Source: Macrostomum lignano | Lineage: Eukaryota | Length of the DNA stretch: 64,000 bases | Direction of reading: 5' to 3' | Assembly: GCA_002269645.1 (NCBI GenBank) | Contig: NIVC01000869.1 | Span: 359,687-423,686 of the forward strand | In this document: piece after piece, positions 13,599 through 27,100 of the stretch | How positions within the stretch are numbered: the stretch's first letter is position 1 | Layout of the letters: each line of letters opens with the position of its first letter | Translations under genes and position numbers: made by a program | The notes under the pieces: model-generated | Database searches by the model: none | Seen by the model: the letters and a program-made list of their open reading frames with translations, nothing else | What the model was told of the DNA's origin: nothing

Positions 13599-16039
13599 AT
13601 GAGGAATCACGCAAAGGCCATTTGGTTTTTCATTGTCTGTGTACTTGTTTTCCTGCTTGGCGCGCATGTTTACAGACGGGCATCGAGCCCTAAAATGGAA
13701 AATGGCTCCAGCAGCATCCGGATCTCGAAATCTGAAGCAGTTGGAGCCTCTTTGATAACTTTCGAAGCTTCTGATTCCCAAGCGACTGGCGCCCAAACCT
13801 CTGGTGCCCAAGCTTCAGCAAAGCAAACCTTGGTCAATGAAGCCTCACTAAAGCCTCCGAAAGCTCCTGTAACCCAATTCCCACAAGCCGCCCAGACCGC
13901 CGCAACAAAGCAAGTAAAGCCAAAAACGACGTGCTTCAAAGTGAAATTTTTGCAAGAGGAGGTAAGTTTCAGGCAGGGCATTGCTTGTGGCGAGTACCAA
14001 GTGACTTCTAAATGCGCCTGTTTTTATAAATTTGCTCGTTTTTATAAAGGCGATTAACTTTGCTTGTACAGTGTGCAACCGATCGTTTTCGGTGGCTTCT
14101 GAAGGCGTCTCACGGCAACCACCTTGAATGTCTGCTATCCCCCTGCAACGACCGACAGAGGTCTTCAATGAACAGATACAATGCTTTGTAGCTTACTGTG
14201 GCTCATAGTTAGTCCCAACCAAACAGCTGCAGCAGAAGAAATGGAGATAATCTTCTCTACAGATTGGCTATATATTTTTAGCCTGGCCTGCAAACTGGCT
14301 TGGACGAGATCGGGTTGGTGACGTCATGTCTGTCCACCCACTCCTCTCTCTCCGTCTCTCGCAAGTGCACTCACAAAACATGTGATCCTGCAAGGTCAAG
14401 TGTAGCCTTTGCAATACTAAAGTCCAACACGTAACATTTGTTAATGAACTTATAGTTAGATTGATACTTTATATTTATATGCCAAATATATTAAAATTGG
14501 TTCTCAATTCATAGATTTGATAAGCCATTTTGATAGATTTGTTTAAAAGGAACACTTCTTACATGTATGAGTGCGTTTTGCTCAAGCAACTCATAGTAAA
14601 AATTTCTTTCGAAAAGATTTATGGCCTATAAGCATCTTCAAGAGACCACTAGATAAATCAGCTCCTTTTTCAACCTTCGAGCATTGCAGCTGGACAGGAT
14701 TTGCACCTTGAATCCGAACCCCGCCATCTGCCGCATTGCCACAATCTCCCACCTGGACCGCAGCGAGTTCAAGACGGCCCGTCTGAGACACCCCACCGGC
14801 TACATCACCATGATGGTTCACCCTTCGTGGGACTTAATCTCACAGGCCATCATCAGCAATAACGTGTGGGAGTCGGAGCAGACGAATTTTATTCGCAGCG
14901 CGCTGGAGCTGCTGCCAGGCGCAGGGCTGCTGGACGTTGGCAGCCAGTTGGGAGCTTACAGCCTGCACGCTGCGCAGATGGGACGCCAGGCGGTGGCGAT
15001 CGACGCCTTCTACCAGGTGAACCAAGTGGCTATGTTGTGGTCGTAAATCGAGGATTTGGAAACTTTTTTACCTCTGGCTGCGGTCCAGATAAGAGAGAAA
15101 TGGGAGAGAACGGAGGAGAGAGAAGATCGAGGAAAGAGGAGATGCGATGGACGAGAGAGATGAGACGAGAGAGGAGAGGAAGAAGAAGACAAAAGACATT
15201 CACAAAAACAGACATTATGCAAAAAGGCTGGCTCCCCTCTAAAAAGGGAAAAAGGACGATTAAGTACGATTAAGTACGAGCGTACTTCTCAATATGAATG
15301 TCGCCAACAAGGATAATTGCAAATTCTAATAGTTCAGCTGTTCATAAAGTTTATAACTGAAACATTGTGTTATAAATGCACTCCAAAAATCTATCCAAAA
15401 AAGATTTTGTGCAAGTAGCTTTCAAGCATCGAAATTCAGATGTGCATCAATGAGTGCACGCGCACCCTTCAGGCAGCACCCTTCACCGCAATCCGATTTT
15501 GAATTCTGCAGAACTCCATCCGCCTCTTCGCCTCAGTGACAGCGAACGGCTTTCAAGACCGAGTACGGGTGTACTGGAACGCCCTTGGTCTGAAGAGCAA
15601 CGGCAAGATGAACATGCTCTTGCCAAGCACCTGTAACACCGGAGGTGGCCGCCCCGAGAACAAAGACTCCTCCAGCATATCCGATTTTATCGACGTGCGA
15701 ACGGCTCTCCTTGACGAGATCGTCATTGGAGATGGCTGCTTCTCCGGCGTCAGCGAGCTCGTTGTGAAGGTCGACATGGAATCTCATGAGTGGCTGGTAA
15801 AAGCCACCGGTACCAAAGTCTTCAAACGCTTCAAAGTGTCCGTGATCATGATGGAGTGGGAGGGCACGAAAATACACCACTCGGATATAGCTCCCGGCAT
15901 CATCGAGTTCTACAAGTCGCTCGGCCTGCTGCCGCACAACCTGGTCGGCACCCGGTTGGTGCGGCTGGGCGAGGACTTCAAGTCTTGGCCGTGGGACGTC
16001 TTCTGGGCAACGAAGGAGTTCGCAGCCAAGAAAGTCTGA
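13599..16039 (+). CDS. FkbM-like methyltransferase, type II membrane anchor, 3 predicted exons (13599-13961, 14690-15016, 15512-16039), about 405 aa
   Basis: Exon 1 has the TM segment and ends GAG|GTAAGT; exon 2 (CAG|CTG...CAG|GTGAAC) has LLDVGSQLGAYSL and AVAIDA; exon 3 (CAG|AAC) has VVKVDMESHE and IMMEW. All junctions are phase 0 and join into one frame. Confidence 0.8.
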
Positions 16040-16849
16040 AGGTCCTTCTCTGATTTCTCGAAATCCCTGCAATAATATTTACTTCATTGGTTAGTCTGGA
16101 CTAATAAAATCTAACTTTAGTAAGTACTGATTTCAAATGGCAAATTAAGATGCCTTGTACGAGTACATCTGCTTCTGCATAATGCTTACTGATACTTGCG
16201 TATTTCTGCACCCTGAGCTGTTATGGTGCCAAACGTGTTTGGCGGACAAAAGAAACTCTAGGTACTGTTTTACTTTATCTATAGTATGCTCGTACAAACT
16301 GACCATGGATTAGCCGATACCTCTGAAGATTTAGCGTTCGGCATCCTGCTCACCGGATGCTTATCCTTTGATATAAAATATTTCTATTCCTAAACATTTA
16401 TTCATAATCATTTATTTCTAAGCCTTTACATTTATTCATAAAATATTTAAGCTAATATACATATGCTGTTTCGAGTAAACCTTATTCTTTATTAATATAC
16501 TATATTAAGAAATCCGGTAGTAATTAAAATGTCTGATTCGTGCTGTTGTTTCTCTACACTGGTCGTTGGTCTAGTGTGACCAACGAAGGTAGTAAGGAAT
16601 AGCATGGATTACTAATCTGAAAAGGCTCATATTCATTTTTTTATTTCGAGTTTTCAAGGCTGTCGTTCTAATGGTGGGTTGAATGAGAGATCATTCTATT
16701 CCATTCTCCTTCCGTTCTTTAAAACCACTTCCGAACTGAGCCATATTCCATTCATTTCCGTTCCGGTTGGACATAGAATTCTAGATAGTAACCTGGAAGG
16801 GAAGGCTTTTTTTAGGCGTACATAACCGGGCCGAGATAGGACACTGCAC

Positions 16850-17780
16850 AAAATGTCTTTCGTTATGGAGGTCACGCAGCTCTGGCAGGTGTTGAATGTA
16901 AAAACAACGACAGTCGGCAAGCACAAGAGGACTTGCAGCAGGGATCCCATTGCGTCGGACACCGACTGGAAGCTAGAATATTTGTCTGACTATACGCGAA
17001 AGTGGAAGGACAGCAAGAGCCGAGGCATGAGTGACAAACGTTTCTGGCCCTAAGCCGCACTCTCTCTGCTTTGGTTGAGGTGTCTCGATACCTGCTTTCT
17101 AATCTGATGTTTAAGTATGTCCTCCTTGGAGCGCTGCCATCAGATCCACTAGGACGATTTGGGCGGTATCGGCACCGCAAATGATTGAACTACTATGTGT
17201 GCTGCAAGGACGTTCTGGAAGCTGAGAAAGCTATCCGATCAGTATCATTACTGCAGTTTAGCGGTGTCCGGCCACTGGCTATCCGATCCCTGTCCGCCAA
17301 CGCAAGCGTTGAGAGTCGTGGTCAGTCGATGGAGGCTGAAGAGATTGCCAGTCAGTTGAAGATACAGATGCTAATGTTGTCTACTACATGGCAGAAAGGT
17401 TTGTTAGAGCCATCACCGCTCAAAGAAGTTGTACGTCATGCAATGAGCTGCTATTGTCTGTAACAAACGACAAAAATCGATGGATCATCCACTTTTCTGC
17501 GACAAGTAAATTGTAGCGGGTTGACTGAACCTTCAGAGCTTGCTTTTTCCGCCTGCAAGGCAGCCTAGGGGATCATCTCTCAGTTACAGACCTGCCAGCA
17601 GTTTCTGAATTCTCGGTATCGACAGGTTGCTCTATTTGAAGCAATCAGTTCAGTGGTCTTGGAGCGCCTTCCAAATCTTCCAAACACGCTTCCAAACACA
17701 CTGCGAGTTCCAGCACCGAATTCTGCAGCCTCTGTTCCGGAAGATATTCAATGCTGCCGCCAAGAATTAGACCAGTCGCC
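16850..17780 (+). pseudogene. P-element/THAP9-type transposase C-terminal relic
   Basis: Frame-hopping translation gives TLSALVEVSRYLLSNLMFKYVLLGALPSDPL-GRFGRYR..NYYV..DVLEAEK and GLTEPS, typical of the P transposase C-terminal region. Confidence 0.75.
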
Positions 17781-18282
17781 TGACTGCCTCCAGAGAAGCC
17801 GTGTCAGGTCGAAAAGCGGCCAAGTTTAATTAATGAAAAATCGATAAATGTTTTCCAATAATGTAAAAAAATTTTTTTTGCTGGTTTTCTATTGTTTCTG
17901 GATATAATTCTCAATTGAACAAATAGAATGCTTTCAGTGAATACTGATGTTTTAATTTACAATGCTTAGAAGACTGAATTTTGGCTCTATTCATCGGAAA
18001 ATCCAATAAAGCGTAAAAATTTATCCGGAAATCAATTAAAAGAAACATTTTTAAAACCGAATCCGCCATTCAGAACAATATGCACTCAGCAACATTGAAA
18101 AGTTTCCACCCTAGCGCGCGAATGGTCAACTTGGATTTTAGACTCCTGTAAGCTGCTGCTGTCTGCTCCATCTGACTGTTTCCTTCGACCTGTCTGGCGT
18201 CTATGACCCAAGTTTTTGTCTATGGTCCAAGTGCGTGTTGACGAGATCATCAATCGTCTATGGCACAAGTCTGGCGACAAAA

Positions 18283-19140
18283 ACATGATTTTTTACATGA
18301 CGCTTCTATGATTTTTTACATGACGCTTCTATGATTGTTTACATGACGCTTCTATGATTGTTTACATGACGCTTCTATGATTTTTTACATGACGCTTCTA
18401 TGATTGTTTACATGACGCTTCTATGATTGTTTACATGACGCTTCTATGATTTTTACATGACGCTTCTATGATTTTTTATTATTAGTTCTTAAATAAAAGC
18501 TTTCAATAAAATAAAAAGTTTCCACTACTAATACGAGTATTCGAACCCAGGTCGCTGCATTAGCAGTCCAGTCTGTTCACATCTAGGCTCGAATTTATAA
18601 ATGAAATTGTAGCACTTATATAATTTAACACTCACTCACGAAGCAGTTATGACATAATCAATTTCTCAGGCAAGTCAGTATCAGTCTTAATTAAAGTTGA
18701 CAATATGGTCACTCAATCTAAATCAAGTCTAGTGCTATATGCTTTCAACTACGTTTACAACACTGTGACGCAATTGAATTCAATGTCAAAATTTAGCCAG
18801 TACACAGACGATAAATAAAAAGCCTATGTGATGTAATCTATTTCAGAATCAGAATTCAACCAGTCAGTTTTTCTCTAGCATTCTTACAATGCATTTCAAG
18901 TCGAAAAGTTTGCTTGACCTTTGCAAAAAAGCATGCTTTTCGAATATTTAATCCCTTTAGCATTGAGCAATTTCTTAGCCACGATGCATGTACCGTCACG
19001 GAAAAATTTCTGATCGAATGGTGCAAGTTCGAACAAAATCGGCTGAGCCATTTTCGCAAATTGTAAAAAATCATAGAAGCGTCATGTAAAAAATCATAGA
19101 AGCGTCATGTCAGACATGAAAGAAGTGTCATGTAAAAATT
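18283..19140. repeat. Foldback-like insertion bounded by 23-bp tandem units (TTTTACATGACGCTTCTATGATT) in inverted orientation
   Basis: About 8 copies at 18283-18480 and 2-3 reverse-complement copies at 19065-19140. Confidence 0.7.
18532..18590 (-). other. tRNA-derived (SINE-head-like) remnant
   Basis: Minus strand ...TGGACTGCTAATGCAGCGACCTGGGTTCGAATAC resembles an anticodon arm plus T-arm/B box; acceptor stem not recognisable. Confidence 0.35.
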
Positions 19141-19932
19141 AAATGAAGCTATTGTGCTGTGTGCTGGGGAGAATTACTGAGATGTCAAGGCTCACAGAGA
19201 ATAACTGAGATTATGGGGGGGGGGTTCTGAGATGTCAAAGCAAAAGTCAGAAGCTACTTCAAAGTACATGTAGTTTACTCAATTTTTTATTGCATTCTTT
19301 GTTGTCTCGCCACGGGGGGCGGCGCTGATAGAAGAAGAGTCGTAAAAAATAAAAGTAGCACTATGTATAGATAAAAGAAAAGTCATGTCGAAGTTAAAAT
19401 ATTCATTTGGGAATTGCTACGATGCCAAGGCTTGGAGGGAATCGCTAAAGTGCTGTGATTCTTAAAGAAGGAATCACTAAAATGTCAAGGCTTAGGGGAG
19501 AAGAATTGCTGAGATTTCAAGGCTTTAGGTTGGGTTAAAGTTAGGTTTAGGTCAGGTTTGGGTTAAGGGTTAGATTTTAGTGGGTTTCAAGGTTAACAGG
19601 GGATTTTTCAGATATCAAGGTTTATGGGGGGCATCTCTAACATGTCAAGGCTTACGGGGGGAATAGCTGAGATGTCAAGGCTCACGGGGGAATAACTGAG
19701 ATGTCAAGGCTAATTTCAGAAGCTACATGTAGTTTACTGAAAACTTTTTTTCATTATTTGTTGGCTCTTCACGGGAGGGATCGCTGATCCCTTTCGCTGA
19801 AAGAAGCTTCATGTCGAAGTTAAGAGATTCATTTGAGAATCTCTACGATGTCGAGGCTTGCAGGGAATCGCTATAATGCTGTAGTGCTATAATGACTCTC
19901 GGAGAGAATTACTGAAATGTCAATGCTTTAAG

Positions 19933-19990
19933 GTTAGGGTTAGGGTTAGGGTTAGGGTTAGGGCTAGGGATAGGCTAGGGTTAGGGTTAG
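19933..19990 (+). repeat. Interstitial telomeric repeat (TTAGGG)n with variants
   Basis: About 9 GGGTTA units, some degenerate; a more degenerate tract at about 19525-19575. Confidence 0.9.
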
Positions 19991-20760
19991 AAGGTTGACA
20001 GATTTTTTAAGATTTCAAGGCTTATGGGGGCATTGCTGAGATGTCAAGGCTTACAAGGGGTTGCTGAGGTATAATGCAAAGAGACGCTTACATGTAGTTT
20101 ATTAAAAAAACTTGTACTGCATTTTTTTGGCTCCCCAACGGGGGGCGCTGATTGCTAGTTTTGAAACTCTAAATATACACGGCTGGCGCGTGGGTGGAAA
20201 CTTTTCAGTGTTGCTGAGTGTAATTAGGCAATTCTATCTCGGCCCGGTATGTACGCCTAAAAAAGCCTTCCCTTCCAGGTTACTATCTAGAATTCTATGG
20301 GTCGGATGGTAAGCAAAGCTTACTGATGTGAGTCGAGATTAAGATGGTAAGCGGTGCAAAGTTATCGTTTGTATTTGACGGTTGAATCGGGACTCTTGAG
20401 AGCGTAGCTCTAGACGGGGTCTTAAGGGGAAGAAGGGATGAAACCGAGAGGGGAGCTCTGCGAAAGAAAGAGTGTAATGCCATAGACTAACAAAACAGTA
20501 ACAGAACGAAAGTTGAGCGAAGCTTAAGTCACATAGTATACAACATAGACAGAAAAACAATAATGCTTTAAAGCTATAGGCTGAGCTCTAATGCACAACA
20601 CTTACCATAGACATTTTTTAGGAGGGACGACATTCCCAGCCTATGATTATTCTAGTCTGGTTAAAAATGAATAGCCTAAGAAAAAGAGTAAATCATAAAC
20701 ATAGATTTTTTGCGACTGAATTAGATCATTCTTAAATTACAGTATGTAATAGTCATAACT

Positions 20761-21325
20761 ATGGCATCATTACTGGATAAAACAGACAATCAATCGATTT
20801 CCGACATAATGATGTCCGATGACGGAGAGGCCTTCATATCAGAGGACGAATCTTGTAAGTTCGATGGCCCAACTGCGGTAGACGAGGAGACGGAAGAGCT
20901 TTCCTGGAATGCTGTAGTTGCTGGTCAAGATGTGCTGGAGAATTTAAACGAATTTTTTGGGACGCCTGGACTGAATCCAGGAATTACGATTCCAGATTAT
21001 GTTGAAGAAGCAACGCCCTTTTTATGGGCCTTTTATACCGGATAGCCTCTTTGAAGACCTGGCAAAGTGGACCAACCGAAGAGCCTGGGCAGCGATTCAC
21101 TCGGTCGACGCTGAAGACCTGCCTGTGAGTTTTGCACATTGGAGAGACTGCAGTGCAAATGAGATAAAGAAACTCCTTAGGAATGTATCTTTACATGGGC
21201 TCCAACAAAAAGACCGAAATGAATGAGTATTGGAGCACAGACAGCTACTACATAACACCTTATTTTCAAGCGGCTGAAGATCTCTCTCGGGACCACTTCA
21301 AGCAGCTTCTGGGTCTGCTCCGTTT
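20761..21325 (+). pseudogene. piggyBac-like transposase, 5' fragment
   Basis: Acidic N-terminus, LFEDLAKWTN, EIKKLL.MYLYMG..K.TEMNEYWST..YITPYF..LSRDHFKQLLGLLR. Confidence 0.8.
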
Positions 21326-21479
21326 GTTGTCTGAGCGGGCCCCGCGATCTGAGTTGTCGATGACAGGCGAGTCACCAACCAGCAATGCCCTGGGTGTCAA
21401 TTGGCGGGCCAAGGAAAATGTGCTGTTAGTCACCATGGATGAATTAAATAGCAACGGAAAGATTACAACGAAAGCCTGC

Positions 21480-23640
21480 TGCGAAGCATTGCCATGCGGT
21501 TTCCTAGCTCCATGTGTTATTCGTGGAAAGAGCATGCTTCAGGGGATTTGGCAGCACGATGTGACTTGGGACGAGCCGATCAATCGGCGATGGCGGAGAA
21601 GGCATCCCAATGGATGAGCGAACTTTCAGTTCTTCAGCAAGTTGCTGTGCCGCGTTGTCTGAATCCACAAGGCGGTCAAGTGGCTTCTCAAGATGCGCAC
21701 GGAGCTCTACTGCCGAAGCCACCATATGGATGAGGAGTTAACGGTGTGATTCGTAGCGTCAAAGTCGAAGGTAGACCCACTAATGACTGTCGGCGTCCCG
21801 AGGCTTGAGTTGATGGCCGCGGTGCTGGGAGTTCGGCTGACCAAGACCATCGCCGAGGCTCTGGACATATACATTTGATTAACACCTCTTTCGACCGATA
21901 GTCAGAACGTCCTGTGGTGGATACGGAACCGGAGCCGGGCGTTCAAACCGTTTGTTGCCAACCGAATCGCATTGATTCATCAAGAGGTGAAGGTAAATCA
22001 TTGGAGATACGTGCCAACAAAGTTGAATTCAGCAGACATTGTCTCCAGAGGCTGCAGCGCATCTGAGTTGCCGAAGTTGCGATTGTAGTTTCAAGGACTA
22101 GAGTTCCTGCAGCAGAAGGAAGAATGTTGGCCGGAGAGAAGGATTCCGTTAATGCCGGAGGACGCAGAGGCTTCCAAGAAACGTGATGGGGTGGTCGGTC
22201 GGGGCCCAAGTGAGCAGCGTTAGGAGCGGACATTCGTCGCGGAAGCGGAGACAATAGACAAAGGACGACGGTTGGAACCAACTCGATTCTCTGACTTCAG
22301 AAGGCTGCAGCGAGTCATGGCCAATGTGCTGCGCTTCTTGAGGAACTGCCGGAAAATTCCAGGTTTTCGAGAGAGCGGCGAGCTGAAAGCGGACGAGCTG
22401 GAAGATGTGGAAGAACGGCTCGTGAAATCCGCACAGGATGAAGCGTTCACCCGACAAAGCTGCGGTGCCACGAAGCTGCAGTGCTTGCAGCCCGAGATGG
22501 ATCCGTCTGAAGTGCTGAGGGTCGATGATCGGCAGAAGTTCGGTCAGCAGTCTTGACCGCGGTTGCATCGAACTTTTGGATCATCGGAGCCAGAGAAGTG
22601 ATTCGTCAGTGGGAGCTCGAGTGCGCGGTTTACAGGAAACGACGAGCCCGTCCCGCAACGCAGCAGATGGCACCGCTGCCAGAAGCGCGTCTTGCCTTCT
22701 TGTTAAAAGCATTCACGCATGTGGCGGTCGACATTGGAGGTCCGTTCACCACTGTTCAGCGATGAGGCAAGCGACGCCAGAAGCGCTACATAGCTCTTTT
22801 CACGTGCCTAAAGACATTCGAGGTGCATTTAGAGATAAACTTCGGGCTCGACACTGACTCATCTTTAAATGCGTTCTACTGCATGGTCAACCGTCGAGGT
22901 CTGCCAAAGATCATGCACTCGGACAATGGCGGAAACTTTGTAAGAGGAGCAGAAGAGCTCAAGCAACTGGAAAGTGTAAACAAGACCAAATGGCAAGAAA
23001 AGACAGCAGTGCGCGGTGTGAAATGGTGCTTTTAGCCGCCGGCAGCACCACATTTTGGTGGAGCGCATGAAATAATGATCCGCGCAGCAAAGCGGATACT
23101 GAGCGCGATCCTCGGCAACGCGGATGTTAAGGAGTTGCACTCAGAGATCACCGGAGCAGAGGCGCTTATCAACTCACGCCCAGTCACGTACCAGACGGCT
23201 AACCCGATGGGCACCGTTATTAAAATGATTGGGCACCGTTATTAAAATGATTGGGCACCGTTAACGACCAATCATTTTCTTCACGGACAAGCCGGAGGCA
23301 GTTTGCACCGGATGTGTCGGAGGATGTAGCGATCAATCCAAGAAAGCGTTGGCGACGGGTGCATGACCTCATGACGCATGTGTGGCGGCCATGGGTGCGA
23401 GGGTGGCTTACCCGGCCTGCAGCCGAGGCCCAAGTGGATCGACCAACACAGAAACCTGAAGGAAGCTGACGTATTGCTGCAGGTGGTCAAGCCCGATACA
23501 CCGCGAGGCGCGAGACCAATGGCCACTAGGACGAGTGGTTTCGGTCTTCCCGGGTCAAGACGGTCGCGTGCGAGCAGCCAAGGTTCAGGTCGGTCAGGCT
23601 GTGCTGGTGCGGACTGTGTCCAAGCTGTGTGTCATTGAGA
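21480..23640 (+). mobile_element. BEL/Pao LTR retrotransposon pol relic (RNase H - integrase)
   Basis: GFLAPCVIRGKSMLQGIW..WDEPI; VPRLELMAAVLGVRL; FKPFVANRI..WRYVPTKLN.ADIVSRG; HLEI..LDTDS..RRGLPKIMHSDNGGNF; P.APHFGG.HE; many stops and frameshifts. Confidence 0.88.
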
Positions 23641-24159
23641 CATCAAGAACTGAGTAGCTGATTGTGACAGAGACTGTGACAGAAAAAATGACTGTTTTTG
23701 CTAGTTCGGACGTTCATAGCAACTGTTTCTTTTACTTTTCGCAATTTTTTTTCGAGTTTTTTTCTTTTCAAATGAATTGTTTCCGTCTTTTGCATTGCTT
23801 CGTTTTCTTTTTATTGATTTTTCATTTCTTCGGTTATGTGTAACTTTGAGACGTAGTGCTTTTGAAGTTAATTCGATCGTTTTTTGTGTTAATTGTTTCA
23901 CGGATAGCGAGCTTTTGCTACTCGCAGTTTTCAGCTCATTTCAGGCACGAATTCTCTTTGACATACTAATTATTGTAGTTGTTTATCAGCAGTCTTTGTT
24001 CTTTCACACAAAGATCCTGCTTCGTTATGCATTTTGTTTGCGCGTTTTTTGTCTTTTCTCGCTGGTGGAGGGCTGAACTCAGTTAAGCTTGTTACATTAT
24101 TCCATTTTCGGTTCCTCGCCGCTGCAATATTTCTCCTTTTTCGATCCTTTGGTTGCTGA

Positions 24160-27100
24160 CATCTTATGTCTAGAAGAAGGGAATGTTTAGGAGAGGGCCT
24201 CACTCAGTCAGTTGTATCGATTCACCTATGCGTACTTTTCTGTCTTTTCATCATTCCATTAAGTTTTTTGAGCGCGTGCAGGTTATATGTACGAGCGTAC
24301 GTTTCAGCCCGTACGTACGTTTCAGTCCGTACTCCCAAAAACGGAGTGTTTTTGGTTTTCGTTCGTTCTGGCTCGTAGCCGAAAAGGAAGTCTCTTATTG
24401 CGCAGACTCAGTTTCTTGCATGAAACTTTAAAACAAATTCGAGTGTAGCAGAGTATAGAAGCAAGTTAATCGTCCTAATTCAGACTTAGAAAGCTTGCGA
24501 AAAAGAGCACCATATGGAATTTACGAGTATGTAGCATACTTGGACGCCAGTTTGCTCTACTCAAGCTGCATGATTCAACCTTTACCAGTTGGCGACTTTG
24601 TGTTGCTACGAGTATCACGTGTTGAAATTGGCAGCATAGTGTGATTGCAGATTATTTGGAAAGTCCAAGGGTTAAAAGTCGACTATTGGATTGGTTAGAC
24701 AAGTTTTGTAAAGACGAACAAGGAGCAATGTTCACTGTGGATCCTCGCTTTTTGCATGACTCGACAGCAGATCTTCTGCTTGCAATTGGTCACGAATGAG
24801 TTGGCGAAGACAGCCTTAGTAAACAGATGATACTGGACTGGCTAATGCTTTGTAATGGGAAAGCATTAAGCTCGGCTTTAGAAACTCGGCTTCAGAAGCT
24901 CGGCTTCTGAAAGCTTCAAAATTTATTGGGTCTGTGCTTCACAAAAAGAAGTACGTAGTGCATCATCGAGCTCTTCGTTTGTATCTAGAGTTGGGAATGC
25001 ACTTAACACGGGTTTACCGCGTAATTCGATTTACAGAACAAACAATTTTGCGATCCTATATTGAATATGTTTTGTTTTAGTTGATTGATTAAATTCAATT
25101 CAGTTGGAGACACTTGAGTCTCGCTCAATATATTTATACTCATGTGCACGTTGAAAACAGTGTTACGCAATCGAAACAACGATACCATGATTGAACGCAC
25201 GATGCATATAAGGTAATTGGACAATTCTAGCCTCAAAGTTAGTTAGTTACAACACCTAGGCCTGATGCACAGTCACTACATTCTCCCCCCTTCCGGAAGA
25301 GGATAACGCGCCGGTTGCCGTCCAGCTCGAGTCGACCTTCGGAGCGCCGCCTCGGGTAGCGGCTCGCCAGGCGGTGGTGGCGGCGCCGTCGCCGCCCTGG
25401 CCACCGGCTCAGGCAGCAGGAGCGCCTCGAACAGCTCGTCCGCTCGGTCAGCTGCGCCGCTGTGTGCTGTCGGGTCGTTGCACTTGATCAGGCGGCTCGC
25501 GTGCCACTTTGTACCGTCGGACAGCACGAAGGTGTTGCGCCCTGCTCGGGAGGCGATCTTGAGCGGCTCCTTTAGTCGGGTTGCCAGCTTGTGCGCCCGG
25601 TGCGGCACCTGCCGCCAGACCCAGTCTCCGGCCTCGACTGCTGAGTCTCGAGCTCGCCTTCGCTTGTTGGTGTAGTCGGCATTCTTGGCCTGCTTATGTG
25701 CGATGCTGTGGCGCAGGTCGTCGTCGCTCGGCAGTTGTTCTTGAGTCGGCCTGAGCAGCTGCAGTCCGGACCGCAGGCCCGATCATCAGCTCGGCTGGAG
25801 TCAGCCCGGTGAGAGCGTGCTGGCTGGTCCTGTAGGTCTTGAGCACCAGGTCGATGGCGTCCTCGAACTTCGCTCCCGCCCTCAGGTTCGCTGCCAGGCC
25901 CTCCTTCAGACTCCGGTTGAATCGCTTGACTCCGCCGTTTCCTTGCGGGTAGTACCGGCTCGCTCGGCTGTGCTTGATGCCCTCGGCTCGCAGAAACTCT
26001 TCGAACTCGTCGCTGACGAACTGGGATCCGTTGTCGCTGATCAGCATCTTTGGGACTCCCCACCGGCCGAATAGCTTCCGAAGCGTCTTGATGGCAGAGG
26101 TGACGGTTTCCATGGCTGCAATCTCCGGCCACTTGCTGTACATGTCGTGGATCACCAGTAGGAACCGCTGATGCCGTGGAGCCGCCGCGACCTCGCCGAA
26201 GATGTCGATTTCGATCTTGTCTCATGGACCTGCTGGCCACTCGACTGGTGCCACGATCGTCTGTTGAGGCTTGCCGGACTTCTCCGCCAGAGTGCAGGCC
26301 GTGCAGTTCTTGACGTAGTCCTCCACCTGCCGGTCAATTCCAGGAAACCAGACCGTGTCGAGGCACCGCTGCTTTGACCGAACAACGCCCGGATGCCCTT
26401 CGTGGGCCTCCTCGATGACTTGAAGTCGCAGGCTCGTCGGGATGATAGAGCGTTCACCACGACCGAGGCACTGACCGTTGTTCCAGCAGAACAGCTCGTC
26501 CCGGACGTTGAAGTACGGCTTCAGAGAGCTGTCCACCTTCGTCAGCCAGCCACCCGAGATGTACCGCAGAACCGCCTGCAGCACTTCGTCCTCCTTGGTC
26601 GCCGTTGCCAGTGCGTCTGCCGTCAGCGTTGTCTTCGAGTCGACGACTGTGTAGACGTATCCCTCCTCATCGGTCTCCTCGGCTGGAACGCGCTCCGTCG
26701 TGGTGGCCCATCTGGACAGCATGTCCGCGCACTTGTTGTGAGCGCCAGGGATGTGCTCAAACCGGACGTCGTAGCCTCGAAGTCTCTCGACCCATCGATG
26801 AATGCGCAGAGGCCTGTGCCCCATGCCTTTCGAGTCAATCATTGAAACATTGAACGGCGTAAAGTGGCAAAAATGAATTCGAACGCGACCTTTTCAAGTT
26901 GCTAAACAATACCTTTTTTATAAAGTTTCTGCAACGAGTTCGAGATCGGCTTAATTTTCGCATGTGCTCGCAAGCAGAAAAATTGGCGAAATATTTTTCC
27001 CGCGAAGATTTTCTTGATGCAGTAGTTTATAATGAAAGTCTAGCCGGAGTTAGCCTCGCTCCACAACGTGTTGCGCTAGACAAACCAATTATAATCGGTG

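Larger units (their letters stand above)
16772..20299 (+). mobile_element. P-element-like DNA transposon, non-autonomous/decayed
   Basis: About 67-bp TIRs (16772-16839 and 20234-20299) starting CATAG and ending CTATG; 7-bp flanking duplication GGTTGGA (16765-71) / GGTCGGA (20300-06); transposase relic inside. Confidence 0.85.

Noticed and set aside
23205-23265. Short tandem duplication (TGGGCACCGTTATTAAAATGAT) in the BEL integrase
   Set aside because: Local slippage in a dead element; no sign of function.
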